Assembly (NCBI RefSeq): GCF_009914755.1
Contig: NC_060947.1
Length of the DNA stretch: 64,000 nucleotides
Strand: one strand, 5' to 3'
Source: the human T2T-CHM13v2.0 reference genome, Homo sapiens
Shown: positions 41,751 to 54,652 of the stretch, in pieces
Numbering within the stretch: the stretch's first letter is position 1
Layout: each line of letters opens with the position of its first letter
Program-made: the position numbers and the translations under genes
The notes under the pieces: generated by a model
Seen by the model: the letters and a program-made list of their open reading frames with translations, nothing else
What the model was told of the DNA's origin: nothing
The model's database searches: none

Positions 41751-44350
41751 TTTTTGAGACATAGTCTTGCTCTGTCACCCAGTCTGGAGTGCAGTGGTGC
41801 AATCATGGCTCATTGCAGCCCTGACCTTGTGGGCTCTAGTGATTCTCTGCCTCAGCCTCCCTAGTAGCTGGGACTATAAGCACATGCTGCCATGCCTGGC
41901 TAATGTTTATTTTTATATTTTTTTTGTAGAGATGGTGATATGGTTTGGCTCTGTGTCCCCATCCAAATCTAATGTCAAATTTTAATACCTACATGTTAGG
42001 GGAGGGACCAAGTGGGAGGTGATTGGATCATGGGGGTGGATTTCCCCCTTGCTGTTCTCATGATAATTAAGTGTGTTCTCACAATATCTGATGGTTTAAA
42101 AGTGTGTGGCACCTCCCTCTTCTCTTTCTGTCTCTCTCCTGCTATGCCATGGTAAGACGTACATGCTTCCCCTTTGCCTTCCACCATGATTGTAAGTTTC
42201 CTGAGGCCTCCTAGCCATGCTTCCTCTACAGCCTGTGGAACTGTGAGTTAATTAACTTATTTTCTTTATAAATTACTTAATGTCAGGTAGTTCTTTATAG
42301 CAGTGGGAGAATGGACTAATAAAAAAATTGATGTCAGTAGTGGGGCGATGCTATAAAGATGCCTGAAAATGTGGAGTCAACTTTGGAACTGGGTAATGGG
42401 CAGAGGTTGGAACAATTTGGAAGTCTCAGAAGAAGACGGGGAGATGTGGGAAAGTTTTGAACTTCCTAGAGACTTGTTGTATGGTTTTAACCAAAATACT
42501 GATAGTGATATGGACAATGAAGTTCAGTGGCCTCAGATGGAGATGAGGAACCTATTGAAAACTGGAGTAAAGGTCATTCTTGCTATGCTGTAGCAAAGGG
42601 ACTGGTGCCATTTTGCCCCTGCCCTAGAGATGTTTGGAACTTTGAACTTGAGAGAGATGAATCAGGGTATATGGAGGAAGAAATTTCTAAACAGCAGTGT
42701 TCAAGATGTGGCCTGGCTGCTTCTAACAGCATATGCTGATATGAATTTGTAATGAGATTGTCTGAAATTGGAACTTATATTTAAAAGGGAGGCAGAGCAT
42801 GAAAGTTGGCAAAATTTGCAGCATGATCATGAGGTAGAAGAGAAAAGCCCATTTCCTAGGGAGAAATTCAAGCGGGCTGCAGAAATTTTCATAAATAAAA
42901 GAAGCTGAATGGTAATAGCCAAGGCAATGGGAACATTCTCAAGGGCATGTCAGAGACTGTCACAGCAGCCCCTCCCATCACAGGCCCTAAGGCCTAGGAG
43001 GATAAAATGGTTTTGTGAGCCAGGTCCAGGGCTCAGCTACTCTGTGCAGCCTTGGAACATGATGCCCTGCACTGCTTCAGGTCCACCTGTGGCTAAAAGG
43101 GACCAAGGAACAGCTCAGGCCATGGCTTCAGAGGGTACAAGTCCCAAGCCTTGGCAGCTTCCACATGGTGTTGGGCCTGCAGGAGCACAGAAGGCAAGAG
43201 TTGAGGTTTGGGAACCTCCGCCTAGATTTCAGAGGATGCATGGAAACATCTGGATGTCCAGGCAGAAGTCTGTTGCAAGGGCAGAGCCCTCATGGAGACC
43301 TCTACTACAGCAATGCAGAGGGGAAATGTGGGCTTGGAGCCCTCACACAGAGTCCCCAATGGGGCACTGCCTAGTGGAGCTGTGAGAAGAGGGCTACTAT
43401 CCTCCAGACCCCAGAATTGTAGGTCCACTGACAGCTTGCACCATATATCTGGAAAAGCTGCAGGTACTCATTGCCAGACCATGAAAGCAGCCAAAGGTGC
43501 TGTACCCTGCAAAGCTACAGGGGTGGGGCTTCCCAAGGCCTTACGAGCCCACCCCTTGCATCACTGTGTCCTGTATGTGAGTCAAGGAGTCAAAGGAGAT
43601 TATTTTGGAGCTTTACGATTTATTGAGTGCCCTGCTGCATTCAGACTTGCATGAAGCCTATAGCCCCTTCGTTTTGGCCAATTTCTCCGTTTTGGAATGG
43701 TAGCATTTACTTAATGCCTGCACCCCCATTTTATCTTGAAGGTAACTGAATTGTTTTGGTTTTACTGGTTCATAGGCAGAAAGGACTTGCCTTGTCTCAG
43801 ATGAGACTTTGGACTTATTTGGACTTTTGAGTTAATGCTGGAATGAGTTAAGACTTTGGGGGACTGTTGGGAAGGCATGACTGGTTTTGAATTGTGAGAA
43901 GGACATGAGATTTGTGAGAAGCCAGGGGCTGAGTGATATGATCTGGCTCTGTGTCCCCTCCCAAATCTCATGTCAAATTGTAATCCCCACGTGTCAGGGG
44001 AGGGACCTGGTGGGAGGTAATTGGATCATGGGGGATGGGTTTCTCCCTAGTTGCTCTTGTGATAGTGAGCGTGTTCTCATGAGATCTGATGGTTTAAAAG
44101 TGTGTGGCACTTCCCCCTTCTTTCTCCTGCTCCATTTTGGTAAGATGTGCTTGCTTCCTCTTCACCTTCCACCGTGATTGTAAGTTTTCTGAGGCCTCAT
44201 AGCCATGCTTCCTGTATAGCCTATGAAACTGTGAGTCAATTAAACCTCTTGTCTTTATCAATTACCCAGTCTCAGGTAGTTCTTTATTACAGTGTGAGAA
44301 TGGACTAATATAGATGGGGGTCTCACTATGTTGACCAGGCTGGTCTCCAA
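41750..44350 (-). mobile_element. AluJ (5'-truncated) split by a MaLR provirus; pieces at 41750-41935 and 44313-44350
   Basis: Alu text ...tttgtagagatgg resumes as gatgggggtctcactatgttgaccaggctggtctc after the provirus. Confidence 0.9.
41936..44312 (+). mobile_element. Complete MaLR provirus (MSTA-like): LTR 41936-~42323, internal ~42324-43933, LTR 43934-44312
   Basis: Two similar LTRs starting tgatatg and ending ggactaata(a/t)a, MST/THE1-int type internal region, and 5-bp TSD gatgg at 41931-41935 and 44313-44317. Confidence 0.95.
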
Positions 44351-44399
44351 CAGAGTAGTATTATTTTACTTCTTGTTCTTCATTCTTTCCCACATAGTT

Positions 44400-44737
44400 T
44401 TTAGAATTAGATGACATAGTGGTTACTAGGAGCTGTGGGAGCTGGAGTTGGTAGAAAATGGGGAGATAAGGATCTAAAGATACAAAGGAGCAGATACATA
44501 GGAAAAAAAAGTCGAGAGATCTAATCTACCACCTGAAGACTATAGTGAATAAAATTTTTTTGGATTGGGAATATTTGTCAAATAGGTAGATTTTAGTTAC
44601 TTTTCTAAAGAAAGTAACTATGTGTGATGATAATATGTGTTAATTTGTTTCACTATAATAAGGATTTTACTATTTCCATGCCATAACATCATTTTGTAAA
44701 CCTCAGTCACACTAAAATTCATGTTTTTTTAAAAAAT
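44400..44737 (+). mobile_element. L1MA-type 3'UTR fragment
   Basis: gtggttactaggagctg...gagatctaat...gactatagtgaataa...gtagattttag...gtaactatgtgtgatgat. Confidence 0.7.
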
Positions 44738-45729
44738 AACTGGATCATAGTGAAGAGATAGTTTCTCTGTCAGTTTTCATTTTCTGGTCATTACCTGTGT
44801 AAGAGAGATTTTTTTTTCTACCTTAATAGAGTATCTTGATTTGGTAAATTGCCCACTATTCAGAGACAGTGGATTTATACAGAAGCAGAGAATATTTTCT
44901 TTGTTGTTATCACTACTCAGGATTCTCTCCAAGAAAAGTGTGCTCCCTGCAGTCTCTGGTTATTTCTTTAGTTCATCAGAATAAGACTGTAAGTAAAGCA
45001 TAGAAAGAACATACTGTCAGTAAAGCATAGAAATAAATCAGATCAATGTTTGTGAAGTTTAATTTATTATAGACTATTCAATCAGGTCACAAATTAATTC
45101 GGGGGTGTAATTTTCTTCAGAGTCCTGGAAACCATTTAGATCTTTCCATATGAAGCATCTGTACTTCATCACCTTTACATTAGGAAATTGGCAGTATTTT
45201 ATAGCATTATATTAAATATTTAATAAAAATTTTGTATTGATAATTTAGAATAATCTATTTTTATTTTCTTATATATCAATATCTGATTATCTGGGAAATT
45301 CAATGAACCTTTTACATTCACAAAGCAACATTTGTATGTTTGGCCTACTGTAATACATTTTAATAACTGACTATTTTGCATTAAGATGTGGAAATTATTC
45401 TTAAAGGGGTTTTATTTGTTAATAGGTCCTAAGTGAAGCCACATAGCAAAGCCAATCAAAAAGATTGAGTACATCAATCTGAGTTTATTGCAGTTCTACA
45501 CTGAATTTGAACAGGGGACAAAAGCCTTTCTGTTCTATAATCATCCTCTGAGTCAATTGATTATCCCAATACTATCAATACTTCTTCTAATACTGAATAA
45601 ATTCGTGGGAAGATACAATCATAGCTAACTTAGGGATGGTGCAAGGAAAATTATTTTATTAGATGGAGGTGTAAGCAGTGTGTTGTGGCAGAAGGAAGAA
45701 TAGAAGACAGAAAATATCCAATTTCCTCC

Positions 45730-45890
45730 AAAATTAGCTGGGCATGTTGGCATGCACCTCTAGTTCCAGCTACTCAGGAGGCTGAAGTGGGAGGATCGCT
45801 TAAGCCCTTAAGTTTGACACTGCAGTGAGCCACAATTGTACCACTGCATTCCAGCCTGGGCAGTAGAGTGAGACGCCATCTCTAAAAATA
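45730..45890 (+). mobile_element. Alu right monomer (FRAM or truncated AluJ) inside a MIR (~45670-46060)
   Basis: aaaattagctgggcatg...gaggatcgcttaagccc...gtgagacgccatctctaaaaa. The MIR core resumes at ~45925 (tgtgtgac...cacttaacttctct...gtctgtaaaatgaag). Confidence 0.85.
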
Positions 45891-46469
45891 ACTCTAGTCT
45901 TGGGTTGGCTGAACCTGTTGCTGTCTGTGTGACATGCAACTCACTTAACTTCTCTTGATCATAGCTTCCTTGTCTGTAAAATGAAGAGAAATATTCACTG
46001 TTACTACCTTAAATATTTATCACAAGCATTAAAAAGTTTTTCAAATTTATAATACTCTGTAGACAACACATTATAATTAGAATTTCACAATCTGGGATAA
46101 AGAGATTGCCACTAAAAATTATTATAGAAACAGAAAATACTTGCTTCCCAATGAACATACATTATATGTAACTGGTGAAATAAGTAAAAACAAACTAGAA
46201 AAATACATCTATCACCTTGTATTATATGTAGATATGCAGTCTTTATTATTTAATAAGGTTTGCACTATCAGTAAGATATAGTCTGGTAAAGGACTTAAGG
46301 CAGGACTGTAAGAACAACAAAATTAAGGTTATTACAGAAAATAATATAAGATATAATGTGATAAAACCAATACAACAAATTGTTTTTATAGCTATTATAA
46401 AAGCTGTTATTGTTTTATAACTGTTATAGCTGTCTTACTTTGAAGAAGCATTGAAAAAAAACTCAGTGT

Positions 46470-49400
46470 TCCTGCTGGCAGTAATGTACCCCACCCCGCC
46501 ACTGTCAGGACATGTCCATGCACAGGCACTGCCACAGAGCCACAACTGGTGCAAGTGCATGCTTGCATTCCCCACCACCCTGACACCACCTATGCATGCT
46601 TATGGACTCTGTTGCTCCACTACTGCTGGCACATGTGCACGAGCATGGACCCTGCTGTCACCACCTGATGAGGTGCTTTTGCTGGTAACTCCCCATCAAA
46701 ATGTTGTTGCCAGTGTACCAGGAACACCTTGCCCCTTTAGAGCAGAAGGTGTTTAACCTTGAGGGACCAGAGAACAAATTCATGGGCCTGGTACTAGCCC
46801 CGCGAGGTTATAGCATGTAGCCCAGGAATGCTGAGCTGATCTTTGGTCCCCTGAAACCAGCCAGAAATGAAAGCAGTTGACTGAATCAAAGTTATACTAC
46901 AGTCAAATCTTCAAAGGCATAAAAGAATATAAAAGCAAAAAATCCCATCCAAAAAACAGCAACATTAAAGATTAAATGAATATCAGCCCACACAGGAGAA
47001 AGAACCAGCACATGAACTCTGGCAGTTCTATAAGCCAGAATATCTTGCCTCCAAGCAACCACACTAACTCTCCAGCCATGATTTTTAACCAGGCTGAAAT
47101 GGCAGAAATGACATATAGAATTCAGAATCTGGATAGTGACAAAGATAATCAGAATTCAGGTGAAAGTTGAAACCCAATCCAAAGAATCTTAGGAATCTAA
47201 TAAAATGTTACAAGAGCTGCAAGACATTTTAAGAAAGAAACAAACTGATCTGATAGAGCTGAAAAATAAACTACAGGAATTTCACAATACAATCAGAAGT
47301 ATTAGCAACAGAATACACCAAGCCGAGGAAAGGATCTCAGGGCTTGAAGACTGGTTCTTTGAACCACCTCAATCAAATAAAAATAAAGAAAAAAGAATAA
47401 AATGGAATGAAGAAAGTCTCCAAGAAATATAGGATTATATAAAGGGACCAATCATATGAACATTGGCATCCCTGAAAGTGAGGGAGAGAACACAAGCAAA
47501 TTGGAAACATATTTGAAGATATTGTCCATGAAAAATTTCCCAAACTTGCGAGAGGTCAACATTCAAATTCAGGAAATTCAGAGAACCCATGTGAAATACT
47601 ATACAAGAGGATCATCCCCAAGACATATAGTCATCAGATTCTCCAAGGTCAACAGGAAAGAAAAAACATTAAAGACAGCTAGAGAGAAGGGGCAGGTTGC
47701 CTACAAAGTGAACTCTATCAGGCTAACAGTGAACCTTTCAGCAGAGACGCTATAATCCAGAAGAGACTGGGGTCATATATTGAGCATTGTGGAAGAAAAG
47801 GAATTCCAAACAAGAATTTCATATCTGGCCAAGCTAAGCTTTATAAGTGAAAGGTGAAATAAGTTCCTTTTCAGACAAGTAAATGCTAAAATAATTTGTT
47901 ACCACCAGACCTGTCTTACCAGAGGTCCTTAAGTGAGTGCTAAACATGGAAATGAGACAGTTACCAGCCACCACGAAAACACACTTAAGTATATTGCCAA
48001 AACATACTTTGACCATTGACAATACAAAGCAATTATACGATCAAGTCTGAATAACAACCAGATAACAGTGTGATAGGATGAAGTCCACACATATCAATAT
48101 TAACCTTGAATGTAAACAGGCTAAACACCCTACTTAAAAGGCTTAGAGTGGTAAGTTGGATAAAGAGGCAAGACCCAACTATTTGCTGTCTTTAAGAGAC
48201 CCCTTTCACATGCAATGACATGGATAGGCTCAAAGAAAAGGGATAGAGAAAAATCTACCAAGTAAATGAAAAACAAAATAAAAGCATGGGTTGCTTTTTA
48301 ATTTCAGACAAAACAAATTTTAAACCAATGAAGATGAAAAAGACAAAGACAGGCATTATATAATGGTAAGGTTCAATTCAACAAGAAGACTTAACTATTC
48401 TATATTTATATGCATCGAACACTGGAGCAGCTAGATTCATAAAGCAAGTTCTGTGAAGTTCCTAACATCACATGTAGAGGAACTAGAAAAACAATTGTGT
48501 ACCAACCCTAAAGCTAGCAAGAAAAGAAGTAACCAAAATCAGAACTGAACTGAATGAAATTGAGACATGAAAAACCACACAAAAGATCAATGAAACCAAA
48601 GTTGGTCCTTTTAAAGAATAAATAGATCAATAGACCACTAGCTAGACTACTGAAGAAGAAAAAAAGAGAAGACCCAAATAAAAATAATCAGAAATGACAA
48701 AGGAGATATTACCACCAACTCCACAGAAATTCAAAAAACACCCAGTGATTATTACAAATACCTTTATGCATACAAACTAGAAAACAATAGATAAATTCCA
48801 GGAAACATACAACTTCTCAAGATTGAACCAGGAAGAAATTGAATCTCTGAACAGACTTATAATTTATGAGTTCCAAAATTGAATCAATAATCTATGTTCA
48901 TAGATATGAACATAGATTCATTAACATGAACATAGAGGGCCTCCTCCCTGACTCATTCTATGAGGCCAGCATCATTCTGATACAAAACCTGGCAGAGACA
49001 CAACACAAAAAGAAAACTTTAGGCCAATATCCCTGATTAACGTAGATGGAAAAATCCTCAACAAAATACTAGCAAACTAAATCTAGCTGCACATCAAAAA
49101 GCAAATCCATCATGATCAAGTAGGCTTTATTCCCAGGATGCAAGGTTGGCTCAACCTATGCAAATCAATAAAGGTGATTCATCACATAGATAGAACTAGA
49201 AACAAAAACCACATGGTCATCTCAATAGATGCAGAAAAGGTTTTCAATAAAGTTCAATATCCCTTCATGATAAAACTCTCAACAAACTAGGCATTAAAAA
49301 AATACCTCAAAATAATAAGGGCCCTCTATTACAAACCCACAGCCAACATTATACTGAATGGGCAAAAGCTGCAAGCATTCTTCTTGAGAACTGCAACAAG

Positions 49401-51491
49401 ACAAGTATATCCACTCTCACAGCTTCTGTTCAACATAGTACTGGAATTCCTAGCCAGAGCAATCAATCAGGCAAGAGAAAGAAATAAAAGGCACCCACAT
49501 AGGAAGAGAGGATGTCAAAATAACTCTCTTCACAGACAGTATGATTTTATACCTAGAAAACCCCATAGTTTCTGCTCCAAAGCTCCTAGATCTGATAAAT
49601 GACTTCATCAGTGTTTCAGGATACAAAATCAATACACAAAAATCAGCAGCATTTTTATACACTAACAACCTCCAAGCTGAGAGCCTTATCAAGAATACAA
49701 TTCCATTTACAATAGCCATAAAGAAAGAAAAATATACCTAGGAATACGCAAATGAGGAAGGTTAAATATCTCTACAATGAGAATTACAAAGCACTGCTGA
49801 AAGTAATCAGAGATGACACACACAAATGGAGAAACACACCATCCTCATGGATAGGTAGAATCAATATTGTTAAAATGGCGTTACTCCCCAAAGCAGTGTA
49901 TAGATTCAATGCTATTCCTATCAATCTACTAATACCATTTTTCATGGAATTAGAAAAAATTGTTCCAGAATTCATATGAAACCAAAAAAGAGCTCAAATA
50001 GCTGAAACAATCCTAAGTAAAAAGTGTAGAGCCTGAGGAATCACCATACCCAACTTCAGACTATACTACAAGGCTACAGTAACCAAAACAGCGTGGTACT
50101 TGTACAAAGACAGGCACACAGAATGATAGAACGTAATAGGGAATCCAGAAATCAGATTGCTTTATTGCACACCCATAACCATCTGATCTTTGACAAAGTC
50201 AACAACAAAAAAAGCAATGGGGAAAGAACTCCCTATTCAATAAATAGTGTTGGGATAACTGACTAGTTATATTCAGAAGGTTGAAACTGGACCCCTTCCT
50301 TACACCATACACAAAAATCAACACAAAATGGATTAAAAACTTATAGGTAAAACCTACAACTTAAAAAACCCTAGAAGAAAACCTAGGACATTCTATTCTG
50401 TACATAGCCCTTGGCAGAGTTTTCATGACAAAGCCTTCAAAAGCAATTTCAACAAACAAAAACTGATAAGTGGGGCCTAATTTAACTAAGGAGCTTTTGC
50501 AAATCAAAAGAAACTATTAACAGAGTAAACAGACAGCCCACAGAATGAGAGAAAATATTTGTATCTTATGCATGCAACAAATGTCTCATATCCAGAACCT
50601 ATAAGGAAATTAAGCAAATGAACAAGAAAAAGAAACACCCTATTGAAAAATGGGCAAAGGACATGAACAGATACTTCTCTATAGAATACATACACTTGGC
50701 CAACAAGCATATGAAAAAATGTTCAATATCACTGTTCACTAGAGAAATGTAAATTAAAACCACAATGAGATATCATCTCATGCTAGTCAGAATGGCTATT
50801 ATTAAAAAGTTAAAAAATCACAGATGCTGGTGATGCTGTAGAGAAAATGGAACACTTATACACTGCCGGTATGAATATAAATTAGCTCAGCCACTGTGAA
50901 AAGCACTTTGGAGATTTCTTGAAGACCTTAAAACATATCTACCACTTGGCACAGCAATCCTATTACTGGGTATATACCCAAAGGAATATAAATTATTCTA
51001 CCATTAAGACACATACACATCTATGTTCATCACAGCACTATTCACAATAGCAAAGACCTGGAATCAATCTATATGCCCACCAATAGTGGATTACATAAAG
51101 AAAATATGATACATATACACCATGGATTACTACACAACCATAATAAAGAATGAGATCATGTCCTTTTCAGCAACTTGGATGGAGCTGGAGGTTATCATCC
51201 TAAGCAAATTAATGCAGGAACAGAAAGCAAATACTACATGTTCTCACTTATAAGTGGAAGCTAAACATCAAGTACATATGGACACAAAGAAGGAAACAAC
51301 AGACACCTGGGCCTACCTGATGGTGGAGGGAGGGAGGAGGGTGAGGAATAAAAAATTACCTATCAGGTAGTATGCTTATTACCTGCGTGATGAAATAATC
51401 TGTACACCAAACCCCTGCATTCCACAATTTACCCATGTAACAAACTTGCACATGTACTTCGTGAACCTAAAATAAAAGTTGGAAAGAAAAG
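46470..51491 (+). mobile_element. Long L1 (L1PA15/16-like) with 5'UTR part, decayed ORF1 (~47060-47990) and ORF2 (~48075-51250), and internal deletions
   Basis: ORF1p-like peptides (47205-47432 coiled coil RIHQAEERISGLED; 47456-47755 PRHIVIRFSKV...AREKGQV) and ORF2 remnants ([19 protein letters not shown]). TSD aaaaactcagtgt (46457-46469) / aaaaactcactgt (51492-51504). Confidence 0.95.
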
Positions 51492-52605
51492 AAAAACTCA
51501 CTGTGAATACTGTGCCATCTATTCTTCCCATCCTTGGCCAAGGAATTAACGTAATTGGGAAGATTTGAGATTATCAAAGGTAAACCATTAAAATGTTGTC
51601 AATGTGGTCATTTTATATGCACTGGCAGGGTATATTTGAGAACTGAGAGTCTATTATTTTGGTATAATAGGAATTTCAATATGTGCCTATTACAGGTATT
51701 TCTAGTTCAGAGTATTGCTTCATTCTTGGCCAATAAATCAATATTGTTATATGGATACACAAAAAATCAACTGGAGTTATAAAAACAATTGTTAATAATA
51801 CTGCATATTTTATGCCACTTTGTACTATTTTAAAGTGATTTTACATATTTTCATATTTTCTTCATTTGAAGTCATTACACATTTTGGAAATGTTTTCTGA
51901 GTGCTATACATTCTTATTATAAACAGTGTTTAAAGGTAACTACAAAGTTCTAAGAGTGGGGAAATTAGGATATATCATTTCAAATAACATTCATTTGGTT
52001 TTTAAGTTAATGTTGCTGATAAGACTCTGCAATATAATAATTCAATGAATCCACAGTAATTTAACACCAGATAAAGAATTTATAATATTGTTCTTTCTGG
52101 GTTGTTACATCTGCTTTTAAAGGTAAGTGGAGCATTAACAACTGAGGCTACAGCATTGATTATAACATTGTTATTGTAAAAATCTCACTGCTGTTGTCTT
52201 AATTCTAAGATAAAATAAAGTTCAGCCTACCTTTCAATCAGGTGATTAACTTTCTGGAGCTGCAATTGAGGTTTCCAGTTTCAAAAAGGTAGGTGTGCCT
52301 GTAGGTATCCTGACCCCTAACTTTTATAGATGCTGTAGGCATCAGATACTTACTTGCATTGTCTTTCCAGTAGTACAATTTGTCCACACCTTCCCTGAGC
52401 ATAAAAATGTTATTAAAAGTATGTAAAGCATAGTTGTCCGTTAAAAATAGAGATACATTAAATGAGGCTTGGAGATGGTCTAAGAAATCTCCATGGTTTC
52501 ATGGCGATATCAAAGTTGTAAAAGCAGCAAATTTCTTCTAAGTTTCATTAAATGAAGAAATACTTTAGTCTGTTTGGAATCTTCTCTGTTATTTCATTGA
52601 CAATC

Positions 52606-54652
52606 GTTTTAAATTTTTATTTCCATAGGTTTTTGGGGAACAGGTGGTATTTGGTTACATGAGTAAGTTCTTTAATGGTGATTTCTGAGATTTTGGTGCA
52701 CCCATCACCCAAGCAGTATACACTGAACCCAGTTTGTAGTATTTTATCCCTCACCACTCTCTCACCCTTTCCCCCGAGTCCCCAAAGTCCATTGTATCAT
52801 TCTTATGCCTTTGCATCTTCATAGGTTAGCTTCCAATTATGAGTGAGAACATACGATGTTTGGTTTTCCATTCCTGAGTTACTTCCGTTAGAATAATAGT
52901 CTCCAGTTCCATGCAGGTTGCTGCAAATGCCATTAATTTGTTACTATTTATGACTGAGTAGTGTTCCATCGTATATATGTATACCACATTGTCTTTATCC
53001 ACTCGTTGATTGATGGGCATTTGGGCTGGTTCCATATTTTTGCAGTTGCGAATTGTGCTGCTATAAACATGCGTGTACAAGTATCTTTTTCGTATAATGA
53101 CTTATTTTCCTCTGGATGGGTACCCAGTAGTGGAATTGCTGGGTCAAATGGTAGTTCTACTTTTAGTTCTTTAAGGAATCTTCGCACTGTTCTCCATAAT
53201 GATTTTACTAGTTTACATTCCCATCAGCAGCATAGAAGTGTTTCCTTTTCACTGCGTCCATGCCAATATCTATTTATTATTTATTTTTTTATTGTGGCCA
53301 CTCTTGCAGGAGTAAGGTGGTATCACATTGTGGTTTTGATTTGCATTTCCCTGATAATTAGTGACGTTGACCATTTTTTTCACATGTTTGTTGGCCATTT
53401 GTATATCTTCTTTTGAGAACTGTCTATGCATACCCTTAGCCCTCTTTTTGATGTGATTGATTTTTTTTTCTTGCTAATTTGTTTGAGTTCCTTGTAAATT
53501 CTGGATATTAGTCCTTTGCTGGACGTATAGATTGTGAAGATTTTCTCCCACTCTCTGAGTTGTCTGTTTATTCTGCTGACTGCTTCTTTTGCTATGCAGA
53601 AGCTCCTTAGTCTAATTAAGTCCCATATATTTATCTTTGTTTTTGTTGCATTTGCTTTTGAGTTCTTGACCATGAAGTCTTTGCCTGAGACAGTGTCTAA
53701 AATGGTTTTTCTGATTTTATCTTCTATAATTTTTATAGGCTTAGGTCTTAAATTTAAGTTCTTGATCGATCTTGAGTTGGTTTTTGTGTAAGTTGAGAGA
53801 TGAGGATGCAATTTCATTCTCCTACATGTGGCTTGCCAATTATCCCAGCAACATTTGTTGAATAGGGTGTCCTTTCCCCACTTTATGTTTTTGTTTGCTC
53901 TGTCGAAGATCAGTTGGCTGTAAGTATTTGGGTTTATTTCTGGCTTCTCTATTTTGTTCCATTAGTCTATGTGTCTATTTTTCTACCAGTACTATGCTGT
54001 TTTGGTGAATATGGCCTTATAGTATAGTTTGAAGTCAGATAATGTGATGCCTCCAGCTTTGTTCTTTTTGCTTAGTCTTGGTTTGGCTATGTGAGCTCTT
54101 TTTTGTTTCTGTATGAATTTTAGGATTGTTTTCTCTAGTTCTTTTATTACTTCTATTCAACATAGTATTGGAAGTCCTAGTCAGAGCAATCAGACAAGAG
54201 AAAGAAATAAAGGGCATCCAAATCGGGAAAGAGAAAGTGCAACTGTCACTGTTTGCAGATGATATGATTATATGCATAGAAAACTTTAAAGACTCCTCCA
54301 AAAGGCCCCTAGAACTGATAAATAAATTCAGCAAAGTTTCAGGATACAAAATTAATGTAAGCAAATCAGTAGTTCTGCTATACACCAACAGTGACCAAGC
54401 TGAGAATCAGATCAATAACTCAACCCCTTTTACAATAGCTGCAAAAAAATAAATTAAAAAAAAACTACATAGGAATATACCTAACCAAGGAGGGGAAAGC
54501 CCTCTACAAGGAAAACTACAAAACAGTGCTGAAAGAAATCATAGACGACACAAACAAATGGAAACACATTCAATGCTCATGGGTGGGTAGAATCAACATT
54601 GTGAAAATGACCATACTGTCAAAAGCAATCTACAAATTCAATGCATTTCCCG
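52606..54652 (-). mobile_element. 5'-inverted L1PB1-like element: minus strand 52606-~54141, plus strand ~54142-54652
   Basis: Minus-strand L1PB 3' end, then a strand switch to an RT segment encoding [13 protein letters not shown] core ttgacaatc at 52597-52605 and 54653-54661. Confidence 0.93.

Noticed and set aside
42909-43654. 158-aa and 120-aa ORFs
   Set aside because: Fragments within the decayed MaLR internal region, not a host gene.
52058-52128. Consensus donor AAG/GTAAGT
   Set aside because: No convincing upstream acceptor with an open frame. Isolated donors are common by chance.
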